The notes under the pieces were generated by a model. That model made no database searches. It saw only the letters and a list, made by a program, of their open reading frames with translations, and was not told the DNA's origin. Of a stretch of DNA of 64,000 nt, positions 28,317-45,804 are shown one piece after another (within the stretch, counting starts at the first letter, position 1; the number at the start of each line of letters is the position of its first letter). The translations under genes were made by a program, and so were the position numbers. Origin of the DNA: the human T2T-CHM13v2.0 reference genome, Homo sapiens; the NCBI RefSeq assembly GCF_009914755.1, contig NC_060937.1. One strand, written 5' to 3'.

Positions 28317-29143
28317 AGGACAAAAAATGCTGGTGAGGATGTGGAGAAAGGGGCACTGTTATACACTGGTGGCGGGAATGTAAATTAATACAGCCATTAT
28401 GGAAAACAGTATTGAAGTTCCTCAAAAACCTAAAATAGAACTACCATATGATCCAGCAATCCTACTATTGGGTATATATTTAAAGGAAAGTAAATAAGTA
28501 TGTTGAAAGGCACTCCCACGTTTTTTGCAACACTATTCACAATAGGCAAGATATAGAATCAACCTAAGTGTCCATCAACAGATGAATGGATAAGGAAAAT
28601 GTAGCATATATACATAATAGAATACTACTCAGCTGCAAAAAAGAATTAAATCCTGTCATTTATGGCAACATGGACGAGCTTAGAGGACATTATGTTAGGT
28701 AAAATAAGCCAGGCACAGAAAGATAAATACTGCACTTTCTCACTCACGTGTGAAAGCTAAAAAAAAAAGAAAAAATAATGATCTCATAGAAGTAGAGAGT
28801 AGAGTGGAGGTTACTAAAGGCAGGGAAGGGTAGAAGTTTTGGAGGGATAATAAGAGGTTGGATAACATAAAATTACAGCTAGATAGGAGGTATATAAGCT
28901 AGTTTTCTACAGTGCTGTAGGGTGACTATAACAATTTATTGTATATTTTCAAATAGCTTGACAAGCAGATTTTAAACGTTTCCAACACGAAGACCTTATA
29001 AATGTTTGAGGTATTGAATATGCTAATTACCCTGATTTGGTCATTACACATTGTACACATGTATCAAAATATCATACTGTGCCCCATACAAAGGTATTAT
29101 GTGTCAATTAAAAATAATAAAAGCAAAAAAATTTTAAAAAGAA
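28317..29143 (+). mobile_element. L1MA-type 3' fragment
   Basis: L1 3' sequence with A-tail, TSD AAAATACTGCTT on both sides. Confidence 0.88.
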
Positions 29144-29464
29144 AAAATACTGCTTGAAGATACATGTCTCCTGTGGGAATCATGTATGTTAAAAGCTAAT
29201 ATTTATTTTTAAAAGCTAATTCTTTCCACTCCTGTAATAATATATGTTTAGTATTTATCTTATAGCATACCCTATCCATGCCTTTAGTGAAACAAATACA
29301 AACTATTTAATCAATGCTCTATGACAGTTACCCAGAGAGTGAAGACCAAACGTAGATCTTTTCCACAAAAATTCCAACTTTTCTATAGTTTTGTTGATAT
29401 TTGATAGTAAAATAGTCAAATGGTTTTTTGTGTTTTTTTTTTCTCTCAGTAGTCTCTATTTTTA

Positions 29465-29632
29465 GAGTAGTTCTCAACCTTGGCTATATAATAGAATCAC
29501 CTGTTAAGCTTTAGGAACCCTGATGTCTAAGCCACATGCCAGACCAATTAAATCAGAATCTGGGGTAGGACAACATCAAGGCTTTTAAAGCTTCCTGAAG
29601 GATTCTAATGTATAACCAATTTTGAGGACCCC
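29465..29632. mobile_element. MER5A-like MITE
   Basis: GTTCTCAACCTTGGCT...TAGAATCACCTG...CCAATTAAATCAGAATCT. Confidence 0.75.
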
Positions 29633-29705
29633 TTCTCACTAGGTACTTTTATATCTTCAATGTTTAGTTGCATTTATTAAAATAATATATATTTAAAGTG
29701 CTGCA

Positions 29706-30049
<344 letters not shown>

Positions 30050-30770
30050 TTAAAGCATTCAGCCATGTTTCTTTACCCATCTTTAGACATTTGTTTCACC
30101 TGTGGTAAACTTTAGACTATTATTAAGTCTAACCTGATTTAAATTTAGAGCTTCTCACCTCCCCAGCTTAGACCAGACGAGCACTGGGGCATAAAGCATG
30201 ATTTGTTCTCTATTTTCCCAACTGTGATCATCTTTTTCACCTACTAATGCCAGGGTGTTGATAGCGAGGGAGGATGAGAAATAGGTTGTGTTAGTGGGCC
30301 ACCTCTGCAACTCGCCTCCTCGCCACTACCACACACCCATTCAAACAAAGTGCTCTCCAGCGGACCATTTACCGCACCCATCCAGCTTTGATGGTACACT
30401 CTACATAGCCTCTTCCTATTTTACAAAGACCGTTGTAGCCTACCTATGCTCCCTTAAACCCACAGGAAACTTGACATTTTTGCCCCATCAAATTCTAGAT
30501 GTCCAAACGATTCCCAATATAGCCTTGTTTCTTTGCTATCCAGGCAGCTCCAGGCACTGACCAGCCTCCTTTTTTTCAGACTGAAGCAGAGGAGAGTGAG
30601 GCAAAGGTCACAGTGTATTCAACTCCCAAACTTAGGGGACCATAGGTCGAATTTAACTTAAACGATCTGCTTTGGTTCCCTGCAGCACCTGGCTCTGATG
30701 TAGGGAGATGGGGCTTTTTTTTTTTTTCAGGAGTAAAGGGAAATGCACAAGACTATGATAATGCTCTTTA

Positions 30771-31476
<706 letters not shown>

Positions 31477-32468
31477 AGCTTTGGCCTCTTAACAAAGACT
31501 GCACAACAGGAAAAATCTCATGTTATATTTTGTTACAGCTTTATGGGAAATCACATTTCTAGGAAGGAAGGAAAACTCAATAAAATGAGAGTCAATGAAT
31601 AATTCCTTGACATGATTTCATCAGTGTAGCAACCATTGTTGCTTCTCAATCTGCTGGAATAGGAAGCACACAGAAACACCTTGAAATATTCCTTCCACAA
31701 ATGTTGAGTCTGAATCTAATCAAGCTCTAGAGCTAACCACATGTTTATAAAAAATTTGGAGGAGGAAGGAGTAAGTTAAAGGATACCACAATTCAAAGTG
31801 TGGGACAATTGGTCTAATTTTTGCAAATGGTCAATGGTAAAAATTGAAAGAAAGAATGAGAGGGGGACTATTAGATTAAAAGAGATTTATGAGACATGGC
31901 AATCACAAGCAATGAGTGGACCTAGTTTGGAGTTTCATTAGAATAAGCCAACTCTAAAGACAGGTGTTTTTAGATAATTGTGGAAATTTAAATAAAGGAT
32001 AAGTATTAAATGATACTAAAGAATTATTGTTAATCTTGTTAGATGTTAATGACATTGAAGTTATGTTAGAAATATCCATGTCAATACATATTGAACTATG
32101 TAGGGATAAACTAATGTGTTATCTGAGAGAGGCCACTAAATTCTTTAATAATAATAAAAAAGGCATGGATGACACAAATGTGGCGAAAGTCTTTAATTGT
32201 TGAATCTGAGTGATGAGCATCTGGAGCTTCATTATACTGTTTTCCATACTTTTCTGTATGTTTGTAACTTGGTCATAATTTTTAAAAAATTAAACATAAT
32301 AATATCTAAAGTAATATCTCTGTTTTTGAAAAAGTAAATATACATGTCAGTTTTCTTTGTTAAAGCAGAAGACAAACATTGTCAATCCCCTACTCTTCTA
32401 TGTGCATGAGTTGGAGGAGAAAACAAAAGCCTGTGACTGTTGGATTCTTATTTGAACAAAGAATATGA

Positions 32469-32780
<312 letters not shown>

Positions 32781-33235
32781 TTAACACTTTTCTACTAGAA
32801 CTGCTAAACAACAACTATTTAAAAGAAGGAGTTTACTCTTAGATTTTCCGTTATATTAAATGGAATCTGGTTGGCATGATGATTCCTTTAATGAAAAACT
32901 ACATAGTTTCCATCCACTGGCATAAGAGTGGAATAGAAATGTATAGCTAAATAACAGTTTATGGTCCATACTTGCAATATCATAGTCCATTTTGGGAAGT
33001 AACACCTAAACAAGTTCAGAGGAAAGCAATACTAATGGTGAGAGATCCCAAAGCCATATATGATCATGGAGGAATGGTCTCAAAGGGATTAGAAATGATT
33101 AGCATGGAGAAAATAAATCTCAGTGGCATAACATAGCACACTGCAGGTGTCTGACATACAAAATACCAAAGAGATTGGAAAACACAGAACCAATTAGTGG
33201 AAATTATAGGAAGGCTGATTTTGGCTTTGTATGAA

Positions 33236-33680
33236 TGTTAGGAAAAACAATTGCCAATAGGCCTTAAACCTCCCAGAGCATTTTTTCCTGGGCATACCAA
33301 GAATGCAAAGCTTTGACCTTTTTTTAATGCCACCATTTTTCAAGATTGTGTTTGCAGAAAGCAACCTTAAGGGATAAGTTTAGGTCCCACTTTGGGAAAA
33401 AGAGCCACCTTACTTTCTGCTTATTATAAAAGCAGTGGATTCCCCAAGCTCAGTATTCCTAAGACACAAATCCACTATATGCACGAGATATACCTGGACC
33501 CTTCTATGGTGCCTCCATGGGACATAAGGAGAACTTACTCAAATATGATGTTCATGCTGCTTGCTAAGCATGAATAATGAAGTCTTTTATCTCATGTCTT
33601 CTGCCAACATTTAAGAAACAGTGATAGGCTAATTTATTAACTTGTAAGTATGGTGAGGTCAAGAAATCTCATACCCAACA
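33236..33680 (+). mobile_element. ERVL-class solo LTR (MER54/MER74-like) inserted in an L3/CR1 fragment
   Basis: TG...CA ends and GGCTAATTTATTAACTTGTAAGTATGG near the 3' end. The flanks resemble a CR1 3' end. Confidence 0.5.
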
Positions 33681-35539
33681 ATGGAGAACACATTAGTTAG
33701 CAGATTTCCTATCCAGAAGTGTTCACATGTGGATGTGTAAACTTCTTGGAGAAGATGATGTATAAACGTAGCAAAAAATAAAGTTTCAGACAAGTAGTTT
33801 TTCTTAGACTTTCAATGTTATTTCAGTTCCGTAAATTGTATTATTCCTTTTTAGGAAACACAAATATAATTGGACTTATCTACAGAATACCAGGACTCCC
33901 TAGGAAGTCTCTACATAAATATGGTCTCAATATTCATTTAAATGACCCAAATTCCATCCATTGTCTGCGTGTATTTCCACTCTAGTAAACCTTTAGTAGC
34001 TTTCAGATAAAGGGAAATCCAAGATTATTATGCCAAAAGTGTAATTCTCTTAGACTTCATGCCAGAGTTCTTAGCATCCAAGGCAGTCAAGATTACCATA
34101 TCCAAGGTATATACTACCAATATGACTTAGTATTGTTGATCATATGACTGAGGCAGTGTTTGCCAAATTTTTCCACTGTCTAGTCTCTGCTATGACATCC
34201 CTCTTCCTTCCTTACTAGAAGTTGAGTATCTCTGATTCATCTTATTGGAAATTCACTGACATTAGTTTTATTAATATTAATAAGAAGTTAGTATCTATAG
34301 TGTTGGTAAGCACACATAATATTTTTCTCCCATTGCCAAAAGCCTCTGGTAATATTTATCAGAATACTTTGAAAATGTGTATTAAAGTCTAGTCTAGAAT
34401 TTTGAATGAGTGGTGTAATTCAGTTTGGGATTACATAGGATCTATGGCCTTCACTGAATGCAAGCAAAGCTTTAACACTAGCATCATAGTCAAAACCTCT
34501 TTGTCCTCTTCGTTCGCAAATGCTTTGTGCATCACACAGATATATCCACTGGGTGGCAGTATGTACTCAAGAATATTTACTGTTTCTAGTTGCCTCAATC
34601 TAACGGAATTTAAAGATGTCAAACTTTTTTTATCTGGAAAATAGCCATTGTAGTGAATCTTAAGAAACAGTATTGTCTGAATGCAAGCTCCTCCCTAGAG
34701 ATGATTATGGAGATTATAATAATGTTAATATTATATACTTCCTACCATTTACTCTCAATCATATTCTTTCTTCTGCCAACAATACTCTTAGCATGAGAAC
34801 TGGTAAATACCTATTATCCTACCTCTTATTTCTGTAACCTATCTCTTAGTTCTAAGGAACTTGCCTGGTGATAGACTTTTCCCTTTCTCCATTTTGTTTC
34901 TTAAATATCATACCCTCTCCACAGTGAAATCAAGAGATAGACCTTTAAGCTTCTGTATAGTACCATATGTACCCCTTTAGTTCTGCACTACCTCCTAGAC
35001 AAATAGAGCAGATTCTAGATATTCACATAGTCTTGCAAAGTCATATGGTTCTCTTTCACTTAAATTAATTCTGTCTGAAATGCAGAATGGCACCAATTAA
35101 CTTGCTCTACGTAAGATTGTCTTCAATGAAGAGAGGGAAAACCTTCCAAGAAATTAAATTGTGTAATCAGGTAGGACTACAACTATGAGAAGAACTCACA
35201 AAAATAAACATATTTTAAAAACTGAAAATAAAATACTAACTTAGTTGTGTTAGATGGTGAAATTATGAAAGCTTTTGTTTCCTTTTTCTGCATTTGTGTA
35301 GTTTTTCCTATATTTTCTTTAATGAACTATACTTTTTTCAAATAAAAAATATATAACTGCTCTTAAGCCATCTTTTATCCTCCTCCTGCCTCAAAGGAAA
35401 GATTCTTGCTTTTAAAATATCCTATCTAGTTTTCTGCTATCTAATTTTCCAAAAGATATTTAGTAATAGTTTGACGTTTCCTTGCATCTCCGAACATGGC
35501 ACTAGTTTCTGATGAGTGTGATGGGAGATTTGACCCATT

Positions 35540-36480
35540 TTTTAAAATAAACTTTTTACAGAGAGTTGCACAGATAGTGCAGAGTTCCCATACACCCAAC
35601 ACTCAGTTTCATTTATTAGAAACATCTTACATTAGTTTGGTACATTTGTTGCGATTAATGACCCAATATTGATACATTATTATTAACTAAATTCCATACT
35701 TTATTCAGATTTCCTTTGTTTTCACCTAGTGTTCTTTTTCTGTTCTAGGATCCCATCCAGGATAATTTATTACAATTTATTTGTCATATCTCCTTAGATT
35801 CTTCTTGGCTATCACAGTTTCTCAGACTTTATTTTTCATGACCTTGGCAGCTTTGAGGAGCACTGGCCAGGTATTTTGTATTAACAGAATGTCCTTCAAT
35901 TGGGATTTGTCTGATGTTTCTCTCATGATTAGGGTGAAGATATGGATTTGGGGGAGGAAGACCACAGAGGTAACGTGCTATTCTCATTACCTCACATGGA
36001 GGGTATGTGCTACCAACCTGACTTAGCATTTGTTGATAGTCTGACTGAGGCAGTGTTTGCCAGGTTTTTCTATCACAAGGTTACTCTTTCATTGGCCTTC
36101 CCATACTACACTCTATAGCAGTGTGTGCAGAGCCCACACTTAAAGAGTGGAGGGTTGTGTTTCACACTGTGACGGTGGAGTATCTACATCAATTATTACA
36201 AATTCTTCTATACCTGAGATTTGTCTACTCTCTCCCATTATTCAATCATTTATTTAAGTTAGTATGAACTCATGGATATTTATTATATACTTTAGATTAT
36301 AATCTAATATTATTTTATTTGTTTTTCTTAAATTGGCCATTGGTGCTTTTTCAGTTGGGTTCCTGTGTCCCTTTGACGTACTCCCACTATTGTGGGGTGT
36401 GATTTTAGCACGCTGCTACTTGCTGGCACTACTAGTACTTCCGAATCATCTTATATAGCCCCTCCCTGGTCCCTAAATTG
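35540..36480 (-). mobile_element. L1MC-type fragment
   Basis: TTGATACATTATTATTAACTAAA...GGATCCCATCCAGGAT...GGAAGACCACAGAGGT. Confidence 0.75.
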
Positions 36481-37493
36481 GATAATGCTTTTTAACTCTC
36501 ATCATAAAGATCAGTATTGAAAAGGACACACTGAGTGTCTATTGCATAAAGACCTTGTATTAGGAATACGACTTTTTAAAAAGCCTCCTTTTGGATAGAT
36601 CTTTTGCTTTAGCTGAGAAAATTAGACAAATACATACAATAGCATAATCCCATTTATTAAACATAATATTAGCCTAAAAAGAAAAAAATCCACATAGCAG
36701 TGTGTACTCACCCTTCAAACCCCACCTGTGAGTATGGCCTGGATACTCATAGGAAGGGGTCAAATGTGCTGTGTAGGAGGGGATTCTGAGGCTGGACAAA
36801 ATAGGAGGAATGTCATCTAGAAAGCTATCATTAGAAACATCTGGCTAAAGAGAAACAATGATGACATAATCAGAAGAGAACTTAGAACCAGCAAGTTTCC
36901 TCCAGCTGTGAGTTCAAATTCAACTGCCAGAAGTGTACATATCACTCCTGACAGACCCTCTGATGTTGTGACTCTTCAAGGACTTCTGAGCTCAGCTAAT
37001 AATTTTTCAAATAAAAATCCCAATATACATATATAACAAAAAAGATATGTAAAAATTTCTTACAGTTATATTTGAGTTTTTGTTGAGTTTGTGCTATATA
37101 TAACATATTGTTATATATATATAATTTATATATAAAAACTCAAATACTATAACTGTAAGAAATTTTTACATATCATTTTTTTTAGATAAATAAACTAAAA
37201 CCCCAATATAAAGTCAGGAATGGTAGAGCTGGGAGAGAGGTCTGTGACCTCCTGGGAATCACTCGACAGTTAGTGTGAAACTAGATGCCAACTGTCTTGA
37301 CCTTTGGATCAGAGCTTTTTTCATCACAGAGCTTTGCTTCATTGAATAATTTATTTACACATTCCACTCATCCATTTATTCTACAAAAAAAATTTAATAG
37401 CTCCTTCATGCCTGACACAGTGCTCAAGTTTGTAAGTACAAATTTTGAGAGTTTGCACTATTGTAAAGAATTGAATAACAAAATTAGATAAAC

Positions 37494-37508
37494 TGCCACC
37501 AGGTGGCA
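37494..37508. promoter_or_regulatory. Palindromic CTCF-like motif TGCCACCAGGTGGCA
   Basis: Matches the CTCF core CCACCAGGTGGC. Perfect 7-1-7 inverted repeat. Confidence 0.6.
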
Positions 37509-39514
37509 TAAATCCTCATACTGGCAAGGACGTTTGTAGGTAATTTGTAGTAACTATTCAGTTTTTCCTCTTAGACTTTTTTTTTCTTTTTCAAATTCAG
37601 ATGGTGAGAACTGGTCTGAATGTACAATTCAGTCTTACTGTTTTCCATCAAGGTGTCACCAATCTTCCAGTCTCCCAGGCAGAAGTTTTTGAGGTATGTT
37701 TTGGTTTCATCTTCTACTTATTGAGTCACAGCTTATTCAGACTGGCTACTTTCCTCATCTTTAGCTCCTTTATAAAAACCTTCAATTTAGCAGTGTCAGG
37801 GAAAAAAAAAACTACCTTGGGTTGTTCTTAGCCTACTGCAAGTTCACTGCTGCCTCTGCTCCTGCTGTTCCATTTCCCTGAAATTCCTTCTTCTAAACTC
37901 TTTCATCATTGACTCACCAATGTTCAACAAATATTTGAGTGGTTGTTATGGTGATGCTGATATATGAAATGCCAAACTATATACTTTCCTCACATGCCAG
38001 CATCTGCTATGTCCCTCCCTGCCCTTCTGACAGTAGAGAAGTTCTAGTAGGTTAAATGCGTATACGATCAAATAATTGCTATATTAGGGGCATTTACCAG
38101 CCATCGTGGTGACCAAAGTATCAGCTTTGCAGAGGTGATCAAGAAATAAATTGGTCCTTGGTTTAGATATAGAGGTAAGTCAACTAGTTTAAATGGATAC
38201 AGGGTCAAATATTGTCCTACACAGTGAGATAAAATGCATTGGCACTTCAAGTCTGACAATTTTAGACTCTGAAATTTTAGATGGGAAGAAGGTATGATGC
38301 ATATAGGCAAGTGGCCAAAGTTGATTTTAAAAAGAAAGGCTGAAACCAGATTAAAAGGGCCCTTGAAGGACATGCAAAGAAGTTAGGACTTTATCTTTTA
38401 GGCATTAGAACCATTACAAGATACAGAAAGGGGATGATGTGAACAGATTTGCATTTTAGATCCTCTCTGGCTGGATGTGGCATGGATTGGAGAGAGGTGA
38501 GACCAGATATGTGCAACCAGCTGGGAAATAACCCTAGAGTCTGGGTGGGTGGGGATGTTAAGGCCTGAACCAAGTAAAATCTGTGCTGAAGGAGAGGCAG
38601 GGATGGATCTGAGACAGTCAACAGAATTTGGTGAGGAATCAAATATGGGAATAAGGAGAAAGTACTTTGTGACTGCCAGGTTCCTGGCTTAGGTCACTGA
38701 GTGAGGAGTGATGCCTTTAACTAGGCATAAAAGGATACAGGAGGCTGAGCAGCTTTTAGGGGGTGGTGGTGGTAGTGGTGGTGGTGGTGAATGTTTTGAG
38801 TTTACTTTGAGATGACTGTATGATTATTTGCACTAATCAATTTCATACATTAATATGTAGGTTAGAATGAAAGGTCTCAGTAAAGAAAACTTTCTTACTA
38901 CCATTCATTCATCAATCGATTTGTCAGCCAAAAGTGCCTCCTTTATGTCTTATAAGGAGTTAGGTGCAATGGGTATTATGAACCTTACATCCCAAATTTT
39001 CCAAAGTGGTTTTATTTTTCTACAGTTTTTATTTTTGACAAATGCCATTCATTCAATATTTACTTAATATGACTAAATTTTTATGTCTTGTAAGACTTTT
39101 CTTACAAGTTAATAAATCACTAAAATGTTTAAAGTATGAATCCTGCAAGTAAGGTATTTGTAGCCTAATCCAGAAGAACTCCATACTCATTAGAGAACCA
39201 TTTAGTGGTAAACTGCAATGTTGTAAGGTTTCCGGGGCATCCAGAAAGTGGCTCTCATTTTGGGTAGGAGGAATTAGGAAGGGCTGCACCAAGAAGCTAG
39301 AACTGCAGCAAGGATCTGAAGATAGAACAATAGCTGCAAAGTCAGACAGTGGGTGAAGAAAGCAGCATCAGGAAAAACATCTGGTTCGAATGACTTTGGT
39401 GCGTTCAAGGGAGATTGAAGACCTTGGCCTCTCTTGATTAGCCTTTTGGCTCAGTCACAGAGGGTGACTAAATTCATCTGAGGGGGATTGTATAATTCCT
39501 ATTACTACTTTCTT

Positions 39515-39772
39515 TTTTTTTTTTTTTTTGAGACGGAGTCTCGCTGTCGCCCAGGTTGGAGTGCAGTGGCGCGATCTCGGCTCACTGCAGGCTCCGCCCC
39601 TCGGGGTTCACGCCATTCTCCTGCCTCAGCCGCCCTAGTAGCTGGGACTACAGGCACCCGCCACCTTGCCCGGCTAATTTTTTGTATTTTTTTTAGTAGA
39701 GACGGGGTTTCACCGTGTTAGCCAGGATGGTCTCGATCTCCTGACCTTGTGATCCGCCCGCCTCGGCCTCCC
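39515..39772 (-). mobile_element. 5'-truncated AluY-like
   Basis: TSD ACTACTTTCTT at 39504-39514 and 39773-39783. CpG-rich. Confidence 0.93.
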
Positions 39773-41599
39773 ACTACTTTCTTATATGTATCTTCAATTT
39801 GGGATCAACTTTGTGATGATTTGTCTAAGGTATAATGAAAATTTTTACTTCTGTCGTTTCCAGATTCTGTTTTTTCATTCCCTTCCTGGCATTTTTCAAT
39901 TTGCATCTCATTTTGATTTTCAGCTTTTCTGACCTTAGTCATAAAAGCTTTTGATAAATTTTAGTATTACATAATCACCCTTGTTTCTCCTTTTAGTAAC
40001 ATCCCCATTTGCCTGTGAGGTCCACATGTAGCCTTTTGAGGTAATACAATTGAAACTTTTATTACAATTAACTGTGAATAATAAGATAAAATATATCCTC
40101 AAGAGCTGTAAATGAAATAAACACTTGGTACTGAAAATCTATAATGTAATAAGGATATATAATAGTGCCTCCTGCACATTCGATAAATGTAGTAGACATT
40201 CAAGAAACATTTTCAATGGATGAATTTTACACAATAACCTAAAGAAGACTGCATCTTCTTTGTTAAAAAAGTTTGTTCTGCCAAAGCAAGAAATACAGCA
40301 GGAGGCTCAGGGCATAATCTGCCAGGCCCAGTGCTTCTGCAAATGATTTCCTCTGGTTTTGTCCTCAGTCAAGGCAAGCTCTGGCTTCCTGGTGCTCTGA
40401 GGTGAGATGAGGGTCAGGGACCTGGTGTGTCAACTCCCTTCTCTCCAAGCGGCCCTAGTTCAGGGATCTGTATGAAATGCATCAAAACATCAGTCCAAGT
40501 GGCTGACATCCACTTCAGCTATTTGTTTGCAAATAGGAGTTCTAAATGCTTTGAAAACAGTTTGTTCTTTAAAGTTGGTAAGCATTCCTTTTATAATTTG
40601 TCTACACTCTTTTTGAACAAGCTACTAATATTACTGATAAAATAAAATGAAAATTCAACTAGCCTTACTTTGATGGTTGGTCATAAGTTCAAAATAATCA
40701 AAGTCCAAATTAATGAGATTTTATTATCTATGTATACAAGTTTACCTATATAGGCTTACATGTATGTGAATTAAGAATCATAGCAATTTAGCACTGGAAG
40801 GAAACATAAAAAAGAATTCTTTCTAAACCCTACATTTTGCAAATGAAGAGATATGTAACTAGTAAATTGTTCTTTTTCTTGCACCCAAGAGACTAGTTCT
40901 ATATTTAAACACAATCCATAAATAGCCTCCTTTACAGATATAATTTGCTGTGATTTCACGGCTCTGCTGAGCACATTACATGTTACGTAATGCTTTTACT
41001 TCTATTAGCTGTGTCTTAGCATCTCCTATAAATCTGCAGCCTCTTTGAAGGTAGAGATTATATTTATTTTTGCATTCCCCAGAGAACCTGCCCCAGCCCT
41101 ATCCCCACAGCTGATTCTGGATTGAGCATCCAGCATCTGCAGGTGGCCATGAGCCTATGCTGAAATCAAGGAACCAGGCTCTGGGTTCCTGTGGGTCGCC
41201 TGTGGGCTAGGCAAATTTTCTTCTGCTTCAGAACATCTGATAGTTTCTCTGGATTGCCTTGTTTGTATTTGGAGTCCTGTTGTCTCTATTCTTCACCTGA
41301 TAGTTATGAAGCTGTGCCCCTATGCTGAGGCCCACCCATCCCATTGTTTTCCCCATCCCAACCTCAACTGTCTTAAACTAGACTGGATTTGCCATTCCCT
41401 TATTTGGGCACAAATTAGAATTGCTGCCACTTCTCCACCCTCTCACCATTGTGCCCTTCACCTCCGCGTGCTGTGTGGTAAATAACCCAGGCAGCCTGCA
41501 GTGATCCCACTCTTAGAGCTAAAGCTATTGCTTGCTTTGCACTGTTACATAACATAAATGAGTGCTCTATGATTTGAAAGAATAAATTTGGACATTAAT

Positions 41600-42500
41600 G
41601 ATTCACTTAACAAATACTTATTGAATACCTAATATATACCATACCACCATCACCTTATTCTCTGTGCTGGGATATAGCAGAGAATAAAACCAAGTCCCCG
41701 CCCTCATGGGATTACATTCTAGTCAGGGAGGTACACAATAAGCAAATAAACAAATAGACATATAATATAAAGTCACTGCTAAAAAGTAAGTGCTGTCACA
41801 AAATGTAAAGTAAGGGAAGGGAATAGAAAATGACAGGAGGGAGTGCTATTTTAGACAGGATAATCAGGAAAGGCCTGGACATACTGACATATTGGAATCA
41901 TCTGAACATAGATGGTATTTAAAGGATAGAGTAAGTGAGATCATCTGAAGAATAACGTGGTTAGTGAAGAGATGTGTGAGGACTCAGCCCGGGGCACTCC
42001 AACAGTTAGAGGTAGGGAAGACAGGGAGGGTTCAGGAAGGAAGGAAGGTTGAGGAGGAACAGCCAGAGAGGGAGAAGGGCAAGCAGGATAGAGCAGTGCT
42101 TTGGAAGCTGAATTGAGAAAGTATTTCAAAAAGGAGGACAATTGGCTACAACCAAGATTGACATTTGGATTGGCAATGTGGAAGTTAATGGAGTTACCGC
42201 CATTATAGTAGTAGCTTCACTGAAATGTGGGGGGACTCTGATAGGAATCTTCAAGACAGAACAGGAGACGAAGAAATGGAGAGATGAATGTGCACTGTGT
42301 CTTTGAGGTCCACTGCTACAAAAGGAACAAGAAAAGAGGCAGTATCTACAAAGAGCTGTGAGACCAAAAGAGGCTTTCGTTGTTATTGTTGTTGCTCTTT
42401 TTTAAGATGGGAGAAATCACAGTATTTTTATGTGCAAAAACAAAGATGCAGGAAATAGGGAAAACTGGTGATACAAAACAGAGAGGGGTTATTGTACAGG
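41600..42500 (-). mobile_element. L2 fragment
   Basis: ATTCACTTAACAAATACTTATTGAATACCT L2 tail with purine-rich body. Confidence 0.75.
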
Positions 42501-43799
42501 CAAGACGCAGTGAGATTCAAAGATAGGACATTTCGAAAGAGGGCAAACTGATAGTCAATGGTAAATTAACCATTTTGGCAAGCATACATTTCATTTTTGG
42601 TCTATTTTGCTTTCTCATCAAGTTGTGGTTAATGACATGTATGAAATTTTTATAATAAGAAGAATATGATTGTGCAGAATTTTAGACAGTGGCCCTTCAG
42701 TGAAGTCATTGGTATTTTAATCAAAATGATTTGCAGGTTCTAATCCCAAAACAACTTGAAATTTCCAGCCCTTAGTGTATGGTAAATTATCCATCACATT
42801 ACCGTAATTAGACCCATATAATTAAAACAATAGCAGCTTCTTTTATGTCTCTGTGGCACTTCTGCTAACGGGGCTTTAGTTCTCTCCAGTAAAGCCTCAG
42901 AGAAACCCAAATGGGAAAAGTATGACCCTATAAACAGAAAAGACAACCTTTACTATTTGGGTTTTTCTTTTTATAGTACCTCAATTCTGAGTTCCCAGGC
43001 ATAAATATAGGTAGAAACTGACCTAAAGTCCAATCTACTTTTTAGAAAAATATGTATTCCACAAGATGCAAAATTTAGATAAAATAAATAAGAAACAAGA
43101 TTTTCAGAACATCAGAGCTATAAAGAAAGATCACCCTCAGTGAGTATAAAACCTTAATTAAGACAGCTATGATAGATTCCTTTTAATGTAAAACCAGTGA
43201 TTTTTACAGACATTAAAGATCACCTATTTCAACCACTTTATTTTATAGATGAATAAACTCAGTGCCCAAATGGTTAAATAACTAATACAAAGATGCTTAG
43301 GTGATTAGTGGCTATATTGGGTGGATTTTAAAATTAATTTTAAAAAACTGAAATAATAATATTTATTGAGTGTTTCCATATACCAGGCACTGTGCTGATC
43401 ACATTACAGTCATACCCTCATTTAAAATTTACAGCAACTATATGAGGTGGATAATAGGAGATCTCTTCACCAGCTGCCACTGAATTGACTTACTAACTTC
43501 ACCACTCGTCTCCACTTTCTTCTTCGTCAAACACACGGACTGATGCTGGTACTATGTTAAATGCTTGAGGCTGGTAAATTTATTTGAAAATTTCTTTTCA
43601 CTTACCCAATCTGCAGTCTGTAGTCATAATCTACGTTGGCATCAGTATCACCTGGGTACTTGTTAAAAATGCAGATTCTCAAACCCCAACCAGACTTACT
43701 GGATCAAAAACTGGGGGTGGGGTTTAACAATTTATGTTCTCCATTCAAGAGATTCTGATGCATGCCAAAATAGAACACTACTTGAAAGGCTAATACAGG

Positions 43800-45600
<1,801 letters not shown>

Positions 45601-45804
45601 GAAGTTGCTCTCAGATTATCAATTTTAACCACTATACCATTGGAATCATAAGACATAAATAATAACACATTTATATTAGTAGGTAATCTACTAAGTTCAA
45701 TGGAAAAATTGACCCAGCTTGAAAGTATAGTCCACTCTGAGAACTTATAGCATAGCAAATGGTGTACATTCTTTAATCAAACACCATCTGTTTTAATAAG
45801 CTAC

